Shown here in pieces: positions 20,233 through 30,596 of a stretch of 64,000 nt of DNA. The stretch comes from Dehalococcoidia bacterium (GTDB lineage: Bacteria > Chloroflexota > Dehalococcoidia > UBA2979). The DNA lies in contig OZ253555.1 of NCBI GenBank assembly GCA_965262725.1, forward strand, positions 1,792,001 to 1,856,000, in the 5' to 3' direction. Both the position numbers and the translations under genes were made by a program. Numbering within the stretch: position 1 is the first letter of the stretch; each line of letters starts with the position of its first letter. The notes beneath the pieces are model-generated. The model searched no databases. It saw nothing but the letters and a program-made list of their open reading frames with translations, and was not told where the DNA came from.

Positions 20233-21477
20233 GTGAGCATCAGGCAGGCACCCGCCCCCCGGAGGTACCATGGGCTCGACGGCCTCCGGGGCTTCGCGAT
20301 GCTGCTCGGCATCGTCCTGCACGCGAGCCTTCCCTACTTCTCCCGCCTGATCGGTATCGAGGCCGTGTGGCCGGCGGACGACGACCAGTCCGTCCTGCTC
20401 CTTCTGGTGTTCGATCTCATCCACATCTGGCGGATGCCCGTCTTCTTCCTGCTCGCGGGCTTCTTCGCCCACCTTGTGCTGGAGCGCCGCTCCGACTCGT
20501 CCTTCATCCTCGACCGGCTGCGAAGGATCGCCCTGCCGCTCGTGATCTTCGGGCCCGTCATGGCCGTCACCCTTCCGCCGATATGGATCTACGGATGGTT
20601 CGGGGCGATTTCGCCCGAGACGTTCCGGGACGGGCTGATGGAGAGGCGTGGCCTCGAGTCCAGCGGCGACCTCGTCGCCCACCTCTGGTTCCTCTACTAC
20701 CTCCTGCTGATGTACGCGGCACTGGTGGCCGTGCGTTCCCTAGGAGGGCCGTGGAAGTCCCGCATACGCGCCCGCCTCGCCCTCGGCAGGTACCTCGGCA
20801 ACGCCGTCTACACCCCGGCCCCCGTGCTGCTGGCGCTCGGGGCCGTCCTCCTTCTCGTCATGCGCGCGGGCGACGAGTCAAAGCCCATTTGGCCGCTGAA
20901 CGCGCCGGACGTTCTCTACGGGATGCTCTTCTTCTCCTACGGGTACGGGCTCTACGCCCGAAGGGAGCTCATCGACAGACTCCGGTCCGCGGACGTGGTC
21001 GCAGCGCTGTGGATCGTCACCGGTGCGCTCTTCCTGGCGCACGTGGTCCTGGCAGGGGCGATAGACGAGGCGTCGAAGCAGGGCGGGGACGCCGAGGCGG
21101 TCGGCCTCCTCGAGCTGGCCGGGACCGCTCTCTACGGATCGCTGGCAGCCCTGTTCAGCGTCGGGCTGATCGGGCTCTTCGAGCTCCTCCTGCGGTCAGG
21201 GCGAGCCTCGGTGCGCTGGCTCGCGGACTCGTCGTACTGGATCTACATCATGCATCTACCGGTCGTCGCCTTCCTGACCTTCTGTCTCGCCCATCTCGAC
21301 AGGCGGGGGTGGCTGGAGCACGTGACCGGCTTCGATTGGAGCGCGGAGCTGAAGTTCCTCGCGGCGTGCACCGTGACCGGCGCCGTGGGAATCGTCACCT
21401 ACCGCTACCTCGTCCGGTACACCCTCCTCGGGGTTCTCTTGAACGGCAGGAGACCCGCGGCCATCGACAGCGCGTGA
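20233..21477 (+). CDS. Acyltransferase family 3 (OpgC/MdoC-like) membrane protein
   Basis: LDGLRGFAMLLGIVLH, HIWRMPVFFLLAGFF, HLWFLYYL, SYWIYIMH. Confidence 0.88.
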   Translation: MSIRQAPAPRRYHGLDGLRGFAMLLGIVLHASLPYFSRLIGIEAVWPADDDQSVLLLLVFDLIHIWRMPVFFLLAGFFAHLVLERRSDSSFILDRLRRIALPLVIFGPVMAVTLPPIWIYGWFGAISPETFRDGLMERRGLESSGDLVAHLWFLYYLLLMYAALVAVRSLGGPWKSRIRARLALGRYLGNAVYTPAPVLLALGAVLLLVMRAGDESKPIWPLNAPDVLYGMLFFSYGYGLYARRELIDRLRSADVVAALWIVTGALFLAHVVLAGAIDEASKQGGDAEAVGLLELAGTALYGSLAALFSVGLIGLFELLLRSGRASVRWLADSSYWIYIMHLPVVAFLTFCLAHLDRRGWLEHVTGFDWSAELKFLAACTVTGAVGIVTYRYLVRYTLLGVLLNGRRPAAIDSA

Positions 21478-21716
21478 CCCGTCGCCCCGCGCGTGCCCCT
21501 CGATGGACCCGCCACGGGGGCGACAACCCGGTGCAGACCGAAGTCGAGGTCGCCGCGCGGTAGGCGCAGGGCGTGCTGCCGCGGCCCCCGGCGAGCGCAG
21601 AGGACGGACCGGGTGCTCGCGAGAACCCGTTGACGAAGGGCGCGGGGGCCCGGGCCGGCGGCGCCCACCGCGCCGCCCGGAGTGCGCCTTCACCGCCCCC
21701 GCGGGGAGGGGGGCCC

Positions 21717-22865
21717 TTAGCGAAGCTGCGCGGCGAAGCGGTCGAGTTCGACGTAGTGGTCGGCGAGCGCGCGCATCTCGATCGAGGTGCTTCCGGCGAA
21801 CGCGACGACCTCGGCCCGGACGCCCCGGGACTGCACCATCTCCACCGCGCGCGCAAAGTCCGAGTCGCCGGAGACGACGGCCACCACGTCGAGGCGTTCC
21901 GACATCGTCACCAGGTCGATGGCCATCTCGACGTCGAAGTTCCCCTTCACCGATCCGTCCGCGAAGCGCTTCAGAGGCTTCGTGACGATGCGGTAGGCGT
22001 GGCGCACGAAGGGCGCGACGAACTTCTGCTGCTCCACGGCCTCGCGCTGGTCATCCGAGACCGGGGCGTAGGCCGTCGCGCGCACCAGGTCCCGGCCCTC
22101 GCTCAGCATCGCGAGCAGCTTCCCCATGTCGAGTGGCGCCGCGCCGGCGTCGAGGCCGTAGAGGACGTTGGGGACGTCGACGAAGACGCCGAGCCGCGGC
22201 TTGCGCGCCGCGCGGTCGAGCCGGACCGCGAGCTCGTCGACGCTGGCGCCGAGCTGCAGGATCGCGCTGCGCTGGCTCGCGATCTCGTCGGCGAGCCGCT
22301 CGAGCCGTTCCAGGCGCGCCTCCACCGCGTTCAGCGCATCGCTTGTGCGTCGGCGGGGCGCCGGGCTCGCAGGCGCAGCCGGCGCCTCCTCCGTTGGCAC
22401 GTCGTCGGCGGTGTTCTCTCCCCCGCCTTCGGCCGGCGCTTCGTCGGCTGAGGGCTTGCTCGCGCGCGAGCGGCGCCTCCGCGTCGGCGTCGGGGGCGTC
22501 GGGGGCGCCTCGTCGGCCTCACCGGGTGGGGTCGCGGCCTCCGCCGGTGCTTCGGTGGTCTCGGGCTTGCTCGCGCGCGGGCGCCGCCTGCGGGCCGGCC
22601 TCTTCGCCGCCGCCCCGTCGGCCTCATCCGAGAGCGTCGCGGCCTCGGCGGCCTCGGCGGCCTCGGCGGCCTCGGCCGTCTCGGTGGTCTCGGCGGTCTC
22701 GGCGGTCTCGGCGGTCTCGGCGGTCTCGGCGGTCTCGGGAGCCATCTCCTCCTCGGCGGCCCCGGCCTCCGCCGCGGGCCGCCCCGGGCGGCGCCTCGCG
22801 ATCAACGAACGGGTCTCACCTGTGCCGCCGCGCCGGCGTCCACTACCGTTTCCGCGAGTGCTCAC
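21717..22865 (-). CDS. NYN (LabA/DUF88) domain protein with long disordered N-terminus
   Basis: C-terminal VFVDVPN..KGNFDVEMAID..VSGDSDF..GVRAEV; N-terminal Ala/Glu/Thr and Arg-rich low complexity plus a coiled coil. Confidence 0.85.
   Translation of the reverse strand: MSTRGNGSGRRRGGTGETRSLIARRRPGRPAAEAGAAEEEMAPETAETAETAETAETAETTETAEAAEAAEAAEAATLSDEADGAAAKRPARRRRPRASKPETTEAPAEAATPPGEADEAPPTPPTPTRRRRSRASKPSADEAPAEGGGENTADDVPTEEAPAAPASPAPRRRTSDALNAVEARLERLERLADEIASQRSAILQLGASVDELAVRLDRAARKPRLGVFVDVPNVLYGLDAGAAPLDMGKLLAMLSEGRDLVRATAYAPVSDDQREAVEQQKFVAPFVRHAYRIVTKPLKRFADGSVKGNFDVEMAIDLVTMSERLDVVAVVSGDSDFARAVEMVQSRGVRAEVVAFAGSTSIEMRALADHYVELDRFAAQLR
22638..22737 (-). repeat. 9-bp coding tandem repeats (ETA/EAA) in the NYN gene
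   Basis: GCGGTCTCG / GCGGCCTCG units on the + strand. Confidence 0.8.
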
Positions 22866-23908
22866 GCGACCCTGCTCTCGCCGGCGAACTGCAGGACGGA
22901 GCAGCGCGCGGCCACCTGCTCGGCAAGCCCCGCGAGCGCTGTCGCCGCCTCGGAGTCGGAGTCGCCGATCACGACGGGGACACCCGCGTCGGATCCCTCA
23001 CGCACGGCCCGGTCAAGCGGGATCTCGCCGAGAAACTCGAGCCCGAGCTCCTCGGCGGCGACACGGGCGCCTCCGCGTCCGAAGACGTCGCCGGCCATGT
23101 TCTCGACGAGACCGAAGACCGCGACGCCGAGGCGGTCGAACATCCCAACGGCCTTCTTCGCGTCCTCGATCGCGACGTCCTGCGGCGTCGAGACGATGAC
23201 GGCCCCGGCGATCGCCGCTTCCTGCGCCATCGACATCGAGGCGTCCGATGTGCCCGGGGGCAGGTCGATCACCAGGTAGTCGAGCTCGCCCCAGTCGACG
23301 TCGTGCATCAGCTGCCGGATCCCGGAGCCGATCATCGGCCCGCGCCACACGACCGGCGTCCCCTCGGGGAGGACGAAGCCGATCGAGACGGCCCGCACGC
23401 CGTGCGCCTCGAGCGAGTGGAGGCCCTGTTGCCCCCCCGCGAGCCCGCCCGCCGGCAGGCCGAGCATGGTCGGGATGTTCGGGCCGGTGATATCGCCGTC
23501 CAGGATTCCGACCGCGGCGCCGTGGCGTGCCAGGGCGACGGCGAGGTTGGTGGCCACCGTCGACTTCCCGACGCCGCCCTTGTTGGAGGCCACGGCGATC
23601 ACGTTCTTCACGCCGGCTATGGGCTTCGGCCCGCCCTCGCGGGCGGCCTGCGCCCTCACACGCGCGCCCCACTCGATCTCGACGCTCTCGACGCCGGGGA
23701 CCCCGGCGAGGGCCGCTCGCACGTCGCCGTCGATCTGCTCCTTGAGAGGGCACGCGGGCGTGGTCAGTTCGAGCTCGAAACGGACCGCGCCGCCGACGAC
23801 GGAGAGCTCGTGGACCATCCCGAGGGAGACGATGTCGCGGTGAAGCTCGGGGTCCTTGACCGAGCGCAGCGCCTCCAGAACGGCGCTCTGCTCAGCGACT
23901 GCTGTCAC
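22862..23908 (-). CDS. mrp: Mrp/NBP35 Fe-S cluster carrier ATPase
   Basis: N-terminal DPEL..LTTPACP (DUF59), NKGGVGKST, WRGPM, DLPPGT, VENM. Confidence 0.92.
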   Translation of the reverse strand: MTAVAEQSAVLEALRSVKDPELHRDIVSLGMVHELSVVGGAVRFELELTTPACPLKEQIDGDVRAALAGVPGVESVEIEWGARVRAQAAREGGPKPIAGVKNVIAVASNKGGVGKSTVATNLAVALARHGAAVGILDGDITGPNIPTMLGLPAGGLAGGQQGLHSLEAHGVRAVSIGFVLPEGTPVVWRGPMIGSGIRQLMHDVDWGELDYLVIDLPPGTSDASMSMAQEAAIAGAVIVSTPQDVAIEDAKKAVGMFDRLGVAVFGLVENMAGDVFGRGGARVAAEELGLEFLGEIPLDRAVREGSDAGVPVVIGDSDSEAATALAGLAEQVAARCSVLQFAGESRVA

Positions 23909-24277
23909 GTGTTCTCCTCATCTGCCAGCTCACGGGGCAGCCGGGATGAAGGTTCGCGGGGAACCATTCGGGCCCGGCTGCGTTATCAAGATCACACCCG
24001 CATCCAGAGTCCCGCCGGTTCGGCCGTCGGATGACCGAGTGAAGCGGGGAACGGGCGAGCGGACGGCGGCGCAGCCGCTCGGACGCCGCCAGTATACGCA
24101 GCGCCGAGAGTAGGCGGAACCATGCGCGGTGGTTATCGCAGGATTATTACGTTTTTACGATACTATACTGGACGATCGGAGGCACCGGCGGTATGATTCA
24201 CATAATCCGCCACGTGAGGAGTGACTCGGGTGCGGGCGGATGAGCAGTCACCAGACGAGGCTGCTGGAGGAGGTGGG

Positions 24278-24517
24278 ATGATGACAACGGCGAGAACGCA
24301 GCGCGGCGTGCAGTGCCAGGCTCACCACTGGGTCATCGACGCCCCCAACGGGCGCGAGAGCGGCGGAACCTGCAAGCGCTGCGGCGCGAAGCGCGTCTTC
24401 CCGAACTCCACCGAGAGCGTGATGTGGGAGCGAGGGAACACGATCCGCAGCGACCTTCAGACCTTCGCGCGTCCCACGACCCTGCGACTCTCCGATGACG
24501 CGGAGTACGAGGAATAG
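24278..24517 (+). CDS. Small Zn-ribbon-like hypothetical protein
   Basis: SD GGAGGAGG; CQAHHWVID..GTCKRCGA; followed by a hairpin. Confidence 0.7.
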   Translation: MMTTARTQRGVQCQAHHWVIDAPNGRESGGTCKRCGAKRVFPNSTESVMWERGNTIRSDLQTFARPTTLRLSDDAEYEE

Positions 24518-24542
24518 CGACCCGGCTGCCGCTCCGTAGCCG

Positions 24543-24572
24543 GAGGGGCGGCGTCGAGAGGCGCCGCCCCTC
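24543..24572 (+). terminator. GC-rich hairpin after the Zn-ribbon gene
   Basis: GAGGGGCGGCGTC-GAGA-GGCGCCGCCCCTC, weak U tail. Confidence 0.45.
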
Positions 24573-24608
24573 TTCACCTCGGGCTCACGCGTGTTCGGCG
24601 GTCCGCGT

Positions 24609-25616
24609 ATGATCGCGCAGGAGGGCGCGCCGGTGGATCTCTCCGTCGATCTGGCACCGCGGGGGAAGCGACAGCTCTGGCTTCGCAACCCGGTGATGAC
24701 CGCCTCCGGCACCTCCTCGAACGGTCTCGAGCTCGCCAGGCGCTTCGATATCGAGGCGCTGGGCGCGATCGTCTCGAAGGGCACGACGCTGCGCCCGCGC
24801 CGCGGCAATCCGACACCCCGAACCGTCGAGACGGCGGGCGGGATGCTGAACTCGATCGGATTCCAGAACGTCGGTGTCGGCGCCCTGATCCGCGGGCTGG
24901 CGCCGGTGTGGGCGCGCTGGGATGTTCCGGCGATCGTCAACATCATGGGCGACACCCTCGACGAGTACGGGCGGCTCGCCGAGCGGCTCGACGACATCGC
25001 GGGCGTCGCCGGGCTCGAGGTCAACGTCTCGTGCCCCAACGTCGAGGTCGGCGGGATGGAGTTCGGGCAGGATCCCGCGCTCGCCGCCGACGTGGTGCGG
25101 GTGGTGCGCCGGCAGAGCTCGCTCCCGTGCCTCGTGAAGATCACGCCCAGCGTCGCCGATGTGCGCCCCGTGGTGGAGGCCGTCGCGGAGGCCGGCGCCG
25201 ACGCCGTCACCGTGATGAACACGGTGCCGGGCATGGCCATCGATCGCGAGCGCCGTCGCCCGCTACTCGGCTCGGTCTTCGGCGGACTCTCCGGCCCGGC
25301 GATCAAGCCCATCGCACTGCGCAACGTCTGGTTGGCGGCCTCCGTGACGTCGATCCCTGTCGTCGCCTCGGGCGGGATCATGACGGGCGGGGACGCGGCG
25401 GAGTTCTTGCTCGCGGGCGCCTCCGCCGTCCAGGTCGGAACGGCCAGCTTCCTCGACCCCCGCGCGCCGTGGAACGTGCTCGAGGAGCTCGTGGCGTGGT
25501 GCGAGTCGGAGGGAGTCGAGGCCCTCGACGAGATCGTCGGCGCGGCACGCCCGGGCGGCGGGCCGCCGCCCGTAGCGCGCGTCGCGGCCGTTCCTCCCGC
25601 CGCGGGCGGCTCCTGA
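24609..25616 (+). CDS. pyrD: Dihydroorotate dehydrogenase (class 1B catalytic subunit)
   Basis: NPVMTASGT, KGTT..R.GNP, NSIGFQN, EVNVSCPNV, GGLSGPAIKP. Confidence 0.93.
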   Translation: MIAQEGAPVDLSVDLAPRGKRQLWLRNPVMTASGTSSNGLELARRFDIEALGAIVSKGTTLRPRRGNPTPRTVETAGGMLNSIGFQNVGVGALIRGLAPVWARWDVPAIVNIMGDTLDEYGRLAERLDDIAGVAGLEVNVSCPNVEVGGMEFGQDPALAADVVRVVRRQSSLPCLVKITPSVADVRPVVEAVAEAGADAVTVMNTVPGMAIDRERRRPLLGSVFGGLSGPAIKPIALRNVWLAASVTSIPVVASGGIMTGGDAAEFLLAGASAVQVGTASFLDPRAPWNVLEELVAWCESEGVEALDEIVGAARPGGGPPPVARVAAVPPAAGGS

Positions 25617-25759
25617 GCGGCCGGCGGCTCCGCATCCCGTCTGCGGGCTCGCCGGGATGTGCTCGATCGGGGCGCTCGCGCCCCCGCCTGGTGGGGAGCT
25701 GCGGCGGGGCTCGTTGACCCGTGCCCGCGATGCGCCGTAGCGTCGTGGAGTCGGCCGAT

Positions 25760-25836
25760 CGGGGCGTAGCTCAGCCTGGCAGAGCGCTGCGTTTGGGACG
25801 CAGAGGTCCGCAGTTCAAATCTGCGCGCCCCGACCA
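25760..25836 (+). tRNA. tRNA-Pro (anticodon TGG)
   Basis: Acceptor stem CGGGGCG/CGCCCCG plus ACCA; anticodon arm CTGCG-TTTGGGA-CGCAG; T loop TTCAAAT. Confidence 0.96.
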
Positions 25837-25998
25837 CGGGCCGCGTGCTCCGGAGGAGCCGCCGGACCGGTGGGCGACCGCCTCGCGGGGCGCCGGGTGA
25901 GCCCACAGAGCGCCGTGGCCGGTCGCCTCCCGCGTTGTGGGGCTTTCGGGCTGCTGCTACGATCCGCCCCTCCGCGACGTCGCTCCAGGGGGCGGGCC

Positions 25999-26217
25999 AT
26001 GCTGAACGAACTGCCTCCGTACGTGCTCGTCGCGCGGATCGGCTCGATCCTGGGGATGGCGCTCGCTCTCTCCATCGGGCTGCTGCTCTTGATCGGCGGC
26101 TCCGTGCTCCCCTCCGTCGTGGCGTTTGCCGCCTTCGCCCCTGCGTTCGGCCTGATGGTGCTGGTGGAGCGCCTCGCGGAGGGGCGCTCCGGCGGCCGCA
26201 CGCCGCCCGAGGCGTAG
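25999..26217 (+). CDS. Small two-helix membrane protein
   Basis: MLNELPPYVLVARIG followed by two hydrophobic segments. Confidence 0.55.
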   Translation: MLNELPPYVLVARIGSILGMALALSIGLLLLIGGSVLPSVVAFAAFAPAFGLMVLVERLAEGRSGGRTPPEA

Positions 26218-26350
26218 CGACGGCGCAGCCCGCGTACACCCGGGCGGTGCCCCGGACGTTCCGTTCGGCGGCGGTGCGGGGTTCCGTGCGCGAGCCGGCG
26301 AACTGCCCTCGGCCGCGGCGGCGGTCCGAGGATGGGGCAGGGCAGCGCCG

Positions 26351-27169
26351 CTACTTCTCGATGATCTCGATCTCGAGGATGGCGTCGCCGGGCCCCGGGG
26401 CGCTGGCCGGATCGCGCGCGGTTAGCGCGCTCAGCACCTCCATCCCCGACGTGACGCGCCCGAAGGCGGTGAAGTCGTCGGCGAGGTGCGGCGTCGGAGC
26501 GAGCGTGATGAAGAACTGCGAGCCGTTGACGATGCTGCCGGCCTTCGCCATCGAGATGACGCCCGCGTCGAACGGGATGCTGTTGTGCTCTTCGTCGAGG
26601 TGGTAGCCGGCTCCGCCGAAGCCCGTGCCGGTGGGATCGCCGGCCTGCGCGACGAAGCCGGGCACGACGCGGTGGAAGGTCAGCCCCTCGTAGAAGCGGT
26701 TGCGCGCGAGGAAGACGAAGTTGTTGACGTAACCGGGAGCCTCGCCGGGTAGCAGCTCGATGCGCACCTCGCCGAGCTCGGTGCGAATCACCGCCTCGTA
26801 GCTGGCGCTCGTGTCGATTGCGAGCTGGGGCGGGGAGTCGTAGCTGCGGACGATCGCCTCGTCCCCGGCGCCATCGGACGGGTCGGTGGTCGCGCCCGGT
26901 GCCTCCGCGGTCGGAGTGGCGGTCGCCTCCCCCTCGACGGAGGGGACGTTGGGGGACGTGGTGCGTGTGGTTCCAGAGGTGCACTCCGTCGCGAAGATGA
27001 TGCTGCCGAGAGAGAGCACCAGCACGATGATCCCGCCGAGGTAGAACGCGCGCTGGTTGCGCTGCAGGTAGCCCATGAAGCCCGGGAACTCGATGGTTCC
27101 GGCGGGCTCGTAGCCGGCCGGCCGGCGCTGGCGCCGCCTCTTGCGCCGTCTTTGTCGGTCGTTGCTCAC
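26351..27169 (-). CDS. Membrane-anchored cyclophilin-type peptidylprolyl isomerase
   Basis: GTG after AGGAG; basic N-terminus and one TM segment; FHRVVPGFVAQAGDP, SMAK, NGSQFFIT, FGRV. Confidence 0.9.
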   Translation of the reverse strand: MSNDRQRRRKRRRQRRPAGYEPAGTIEFPGFMGYLQRNQRAFYLGGIIVLVLSLGSIIFATECTSGTTRTTSPNVPSVEGEATATPTAEAPGATTDPSDGAGDEAIVRSYDSPPQLAIDTSASYEAVIRTELGEVRIELLPGEAPGYVNNFVFLARNRFYEGLTFHRVVPGFVAQAGDPTGTGFGGAGYHLDEEHNSIPFDAGVISMAKAGSIVNGSQFFITLAPTPHLADDFTAFGRVTSGMEVLSALTARDPASAPGPGDAILEIEIIEK

Positions 27170-27522
27170 TCGGCACTCCTCCGCCCGCCTCGTCCCGAGC
27201 CGGCACCACCCTCCGCGCGTTCCCCAGCAGGGGGCGCAGTCGCCGGGCGGCATCCACCCTACGGCCGCTGACGGCAGCGCTCCACTGCCGGCGGCCGCTG
27301 CTGCTGCCTGCCGGTCTGGCCGCCAACGCGCGGCTCAGCTCGCCCCGGGTGGGTCGGGCGATCGACGGCCGGGGTTGGCGGCCCGCCCGCTCGCCCTCCA
27401 CGCTCGCCGAACGCAGCGCCTCCCCGGGATGCGCCCCGGGGCTGTGTGGCGCCCGGGGTGCCTGCGAGCGGCTCGCCGCGTTCCGGAAGGACACCCATGG
27501 TCCGCTCGCCTCGCGGGCCGGA

Positions 27523-27552
27523 TTGGCGAAGACGCATGGGCGAATGTACAAT
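27523..27552 (+). promoter_or_regulatory. Candidate sigma70-type promoter for the LRR gene
   Basis: TTGGCG-N18-TACAAT in an otherwise very GC-rich intergenic region. Confidence 0.4.
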
Positions 27553-27797
27553 AGTCACGGCGGGGAACGGTTGCAGGGTTGCCTTGTGATTCATGCTGCT
27601 CCCAGGCCCGACAGCCACCTGCGCGCCCCGCTCGTCGCGGCCTCCGGTGAGCGCTCTTCCCGGCGGCACGGTTTGCCGCGGCCGGGCGCAGCGGCAGGTC
27701 CCGCTGGCCGTCGCAGTATCCGAGCCGCCCCCGGGGCGCCTCCGGGAGGTGACGCCCACCCGGCGGTGGCGGCCGCCGCCGCGACGCAGGGCGACCG

Positions 27798-30596
27798 ATG
27801 AGCCGCCGCTCTTTCGTCGCCGGCGCAGCCGCCGTGGCGGTCGTGATCGCGACCGTGCTGGTCGGGCACGCACCGGCGACGCCAGCCGCGGCCCAAGCCC
27901 CTCACATCTGCGATAACGGCACCGTCATCACCGACCCGACGGACACCGAGCTCGTCGCGGATTGCAAGATCCTCTGGGGCGCGAAGGAGGCGATCGAGGG
28001 CACGGGCCTCAACGTCAAGCGATGGCTCGACTGGGGCGCCACGAAGGCACTCTCGCAGTGGGAGGGAGTCACCGTCGGCGGCGACCCGAGGCGGGTGACG
28101 GAGTTCGAGCTGGCAGCCAACGACGGCAGCGAAGGTTACAGAGGGAATGTTCCGGCCGCGCTCGGGAGCCTCACAGGGCTGGTGAAGTTGAGGCTGCACT
28201 GGCACCACAATCTAGGCGGCAGCTACGGAGTCGGCGGAATCCCCTCGGAGCTCGGCAACCTCGTGAACCTGGTGCACCTGGTGATCAGTTACACACAGGT
28301 CGACGGTGAGATCCCATCCTCGATTGGAAACCTCACCAAGCTGGAACATCTCGACCTCGGAGGAAACAGTCTGTCCGGCGGCATACCGTCGGAGATATGG
28401 AACCTCACGGAGTTGCATACGCTGCGTCTCCACGCCAACGGACTCACGGGAACGATTTCCTCGGATGTGAAGAAGCTTACCAAGCTCAAGACGTTGAACC
28501 TGCATGGAAACAGCTTCTCCGGAAGCATACCCGCCGAGATCGCACAGCTTGCCGAGCTGGACAACTTGACTCTATATGAGAACGAATTCACCGGTACTAT
28601 TCCTCCAGCCATTGGCAATATGCCGAAGCTGACAACCCTGGATTTGAGATCGAATCAACTCACGGGTTCCATCCCCGGAACCCTTGTGAATCTGCTGCCC
28701 GAACTGGATCACCTGAGACTTAACGGCAACTCCTTCTCCGGCTGCGTGCCGCCGCTCTTGCTCGAGGTCGAATACAACGACCTTCCGTCCATCATGGAGT
28801 ACTACGAACTCCCGCTTTGCGGGTCGAGCACTAACACCAACCAGAACCAGGCTCCCGCGATCTCGTCGGCGGCGGTAGACGGCGACATGCTCACGCTGAC
28901 GTACAACGAGCCCCTCGACGAGACCTCGCAGCCGGCCATGACGGCGTACACCGTCACGGTGGACACCGTGGGCCGAGGGGTGACCGGTGTCGTCGTGAGC
29001 GGGAGCACCGTGACGCTCACCCTCGCCTCGGCGGTCGTCGGCGGCGAGGTGGTCCTCGTGAGCTACGACGCGCCGCAGACGGGCTTGGTGCAGGATACGA
29101 GCAGGACGGCCGCGGCCCGCCTGACCGACGAACCCGTGGAGAACGTCACCAACAACGACCCGTTCTTCACCACGGCCCCGTACTCGTTCACCATCGATGA
29201 GAACACGCGGGCTGTCGGGATGGTGCTCGCGGACGACGTGGATATCCAGGACACCGTCGGTTACAGGCTGACGCCAGCAGTCCCGCCCGACGACGGCCTG
29301 CTCTTCGGCATCACGAACGCCGGCGACCTGTTCTTCAAGCTGTCGACCGGCGCTGACTACGAGCACCCCGGATCCGTCGAGCGCAGCAATGTCGACCGGA
29401 ACGTCTACTGGGCGACCGTCGTGGCGACGAGCGGAACCGGCGACCGCACGAGCACGACGACCGAGCAGGTGACCGTGACGATCACCAACGTGGAGGAGGC
29501 CGGCGAACTGCGCTTCTCCTCGGAGCAGCCGCAGGTGGGGACGTCGCTGCTCGCCACGGTCGACGACCCGGACGGCAGCGTCTCCGACACCACGTGGAAG
29601 TGGGAAATCTCCTCGGACCAGAGCAACTGGACGACCCTGACGCACGAGACCACGCCCAATACGCCATCGTCCTCGTACGCCCCGGTCGCGGCCGATGAGA
29701 ACAAGTACATCCGCGTCACAGCCGAGTACACCGACGCGGTGCCGGGCGCGGATGAGGTCCAGCGGACGCTCACCAGCGCGGTCCAGGTCGCGCCGGACAA
29801 CAACACCGCGCCCACGTTCGAGCCGAGCGAGACGGGTCGGCGAAGCGTGGAGGAGGGCACCGGACCGAGGGAGCCCATCGGCCCGCCGGTCGAGGCCACC
29901 GACGCTGACACCGACACGCTCACGTACAGCCTCGGCGGCACGGACGCAGACTCCTTCGACATCGTCCCGTCGTCCGGACAGCTGCTGACCACGGCGCCGC
30001 TCGACTACGAGACGAAGGACAGCTACGAGGTCAGCGTCACTGCCACGGACCCGTCCGGTGAGACGGCCACGATCACCGTGACGATCACAGTCATCGATGT
30101 AGAGCCGGAGGACTGGCTCAACCCGCCGGACAACGGTGGCGGCGGCGGTGGCGGCGGTGGCGGCGGTGGCGGCGGTGGCGGCGGTGGCACCACCACCTTC
30201 AACGGGGGTGGCGGGGGTGGCGGGGGCGGTGGCGGTGGCGGCGGCGGAAGTCCCAGGCCGAGCGACGAGGACTTCGAGTGGAACGTGACGGGCGACATCG
30301 ATCCACTGGACTCCGCCAACAGCGATGCCACCGGCCTCTGGGGCGACGGCACGACGCTGTGGGTCGGTCAGAACGGAGACGGCACGAAGGACGGCGTCTT
30401 CGCCTACGACCTGACGAGCCACGAGCGCGTGGCCGATCTCGAGTTCGACCTGGCCGAGGAGAACCGCGCGCCGCGGGGCGTCTGGTCCGACCACGAGACG
30501 ATGTGGGTCTCCGACAGCGGGCAGGACCGCGTCTTCGCCTACGACCTCGAGAGCGGAGAGCGCCTCGAGGACCGGGAGTTCGAGTTCGCCGCCCGC
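27798..30596 (+). CDS. Large secreted LRR/SwmB/cadherin/beta-propeller protein, exon 1 (933 codons)
   Basis: Signal peptide, plant-type LRRs (LxxLxLxxNxLSGxIPxxI), SwmB-like repeat, cadherin-like repeats (LDYETKDSY), poly-Gly, GLWGDGTTLWV-type repeats. Interrupted at phase 0 by the group II intron. Confidence 0.85.
30134..30247 (+). repeat. GGT/GGC codon repeats encoding two poly-Gly linkers
   Basis: Directly visible. Confidence 0.85.
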
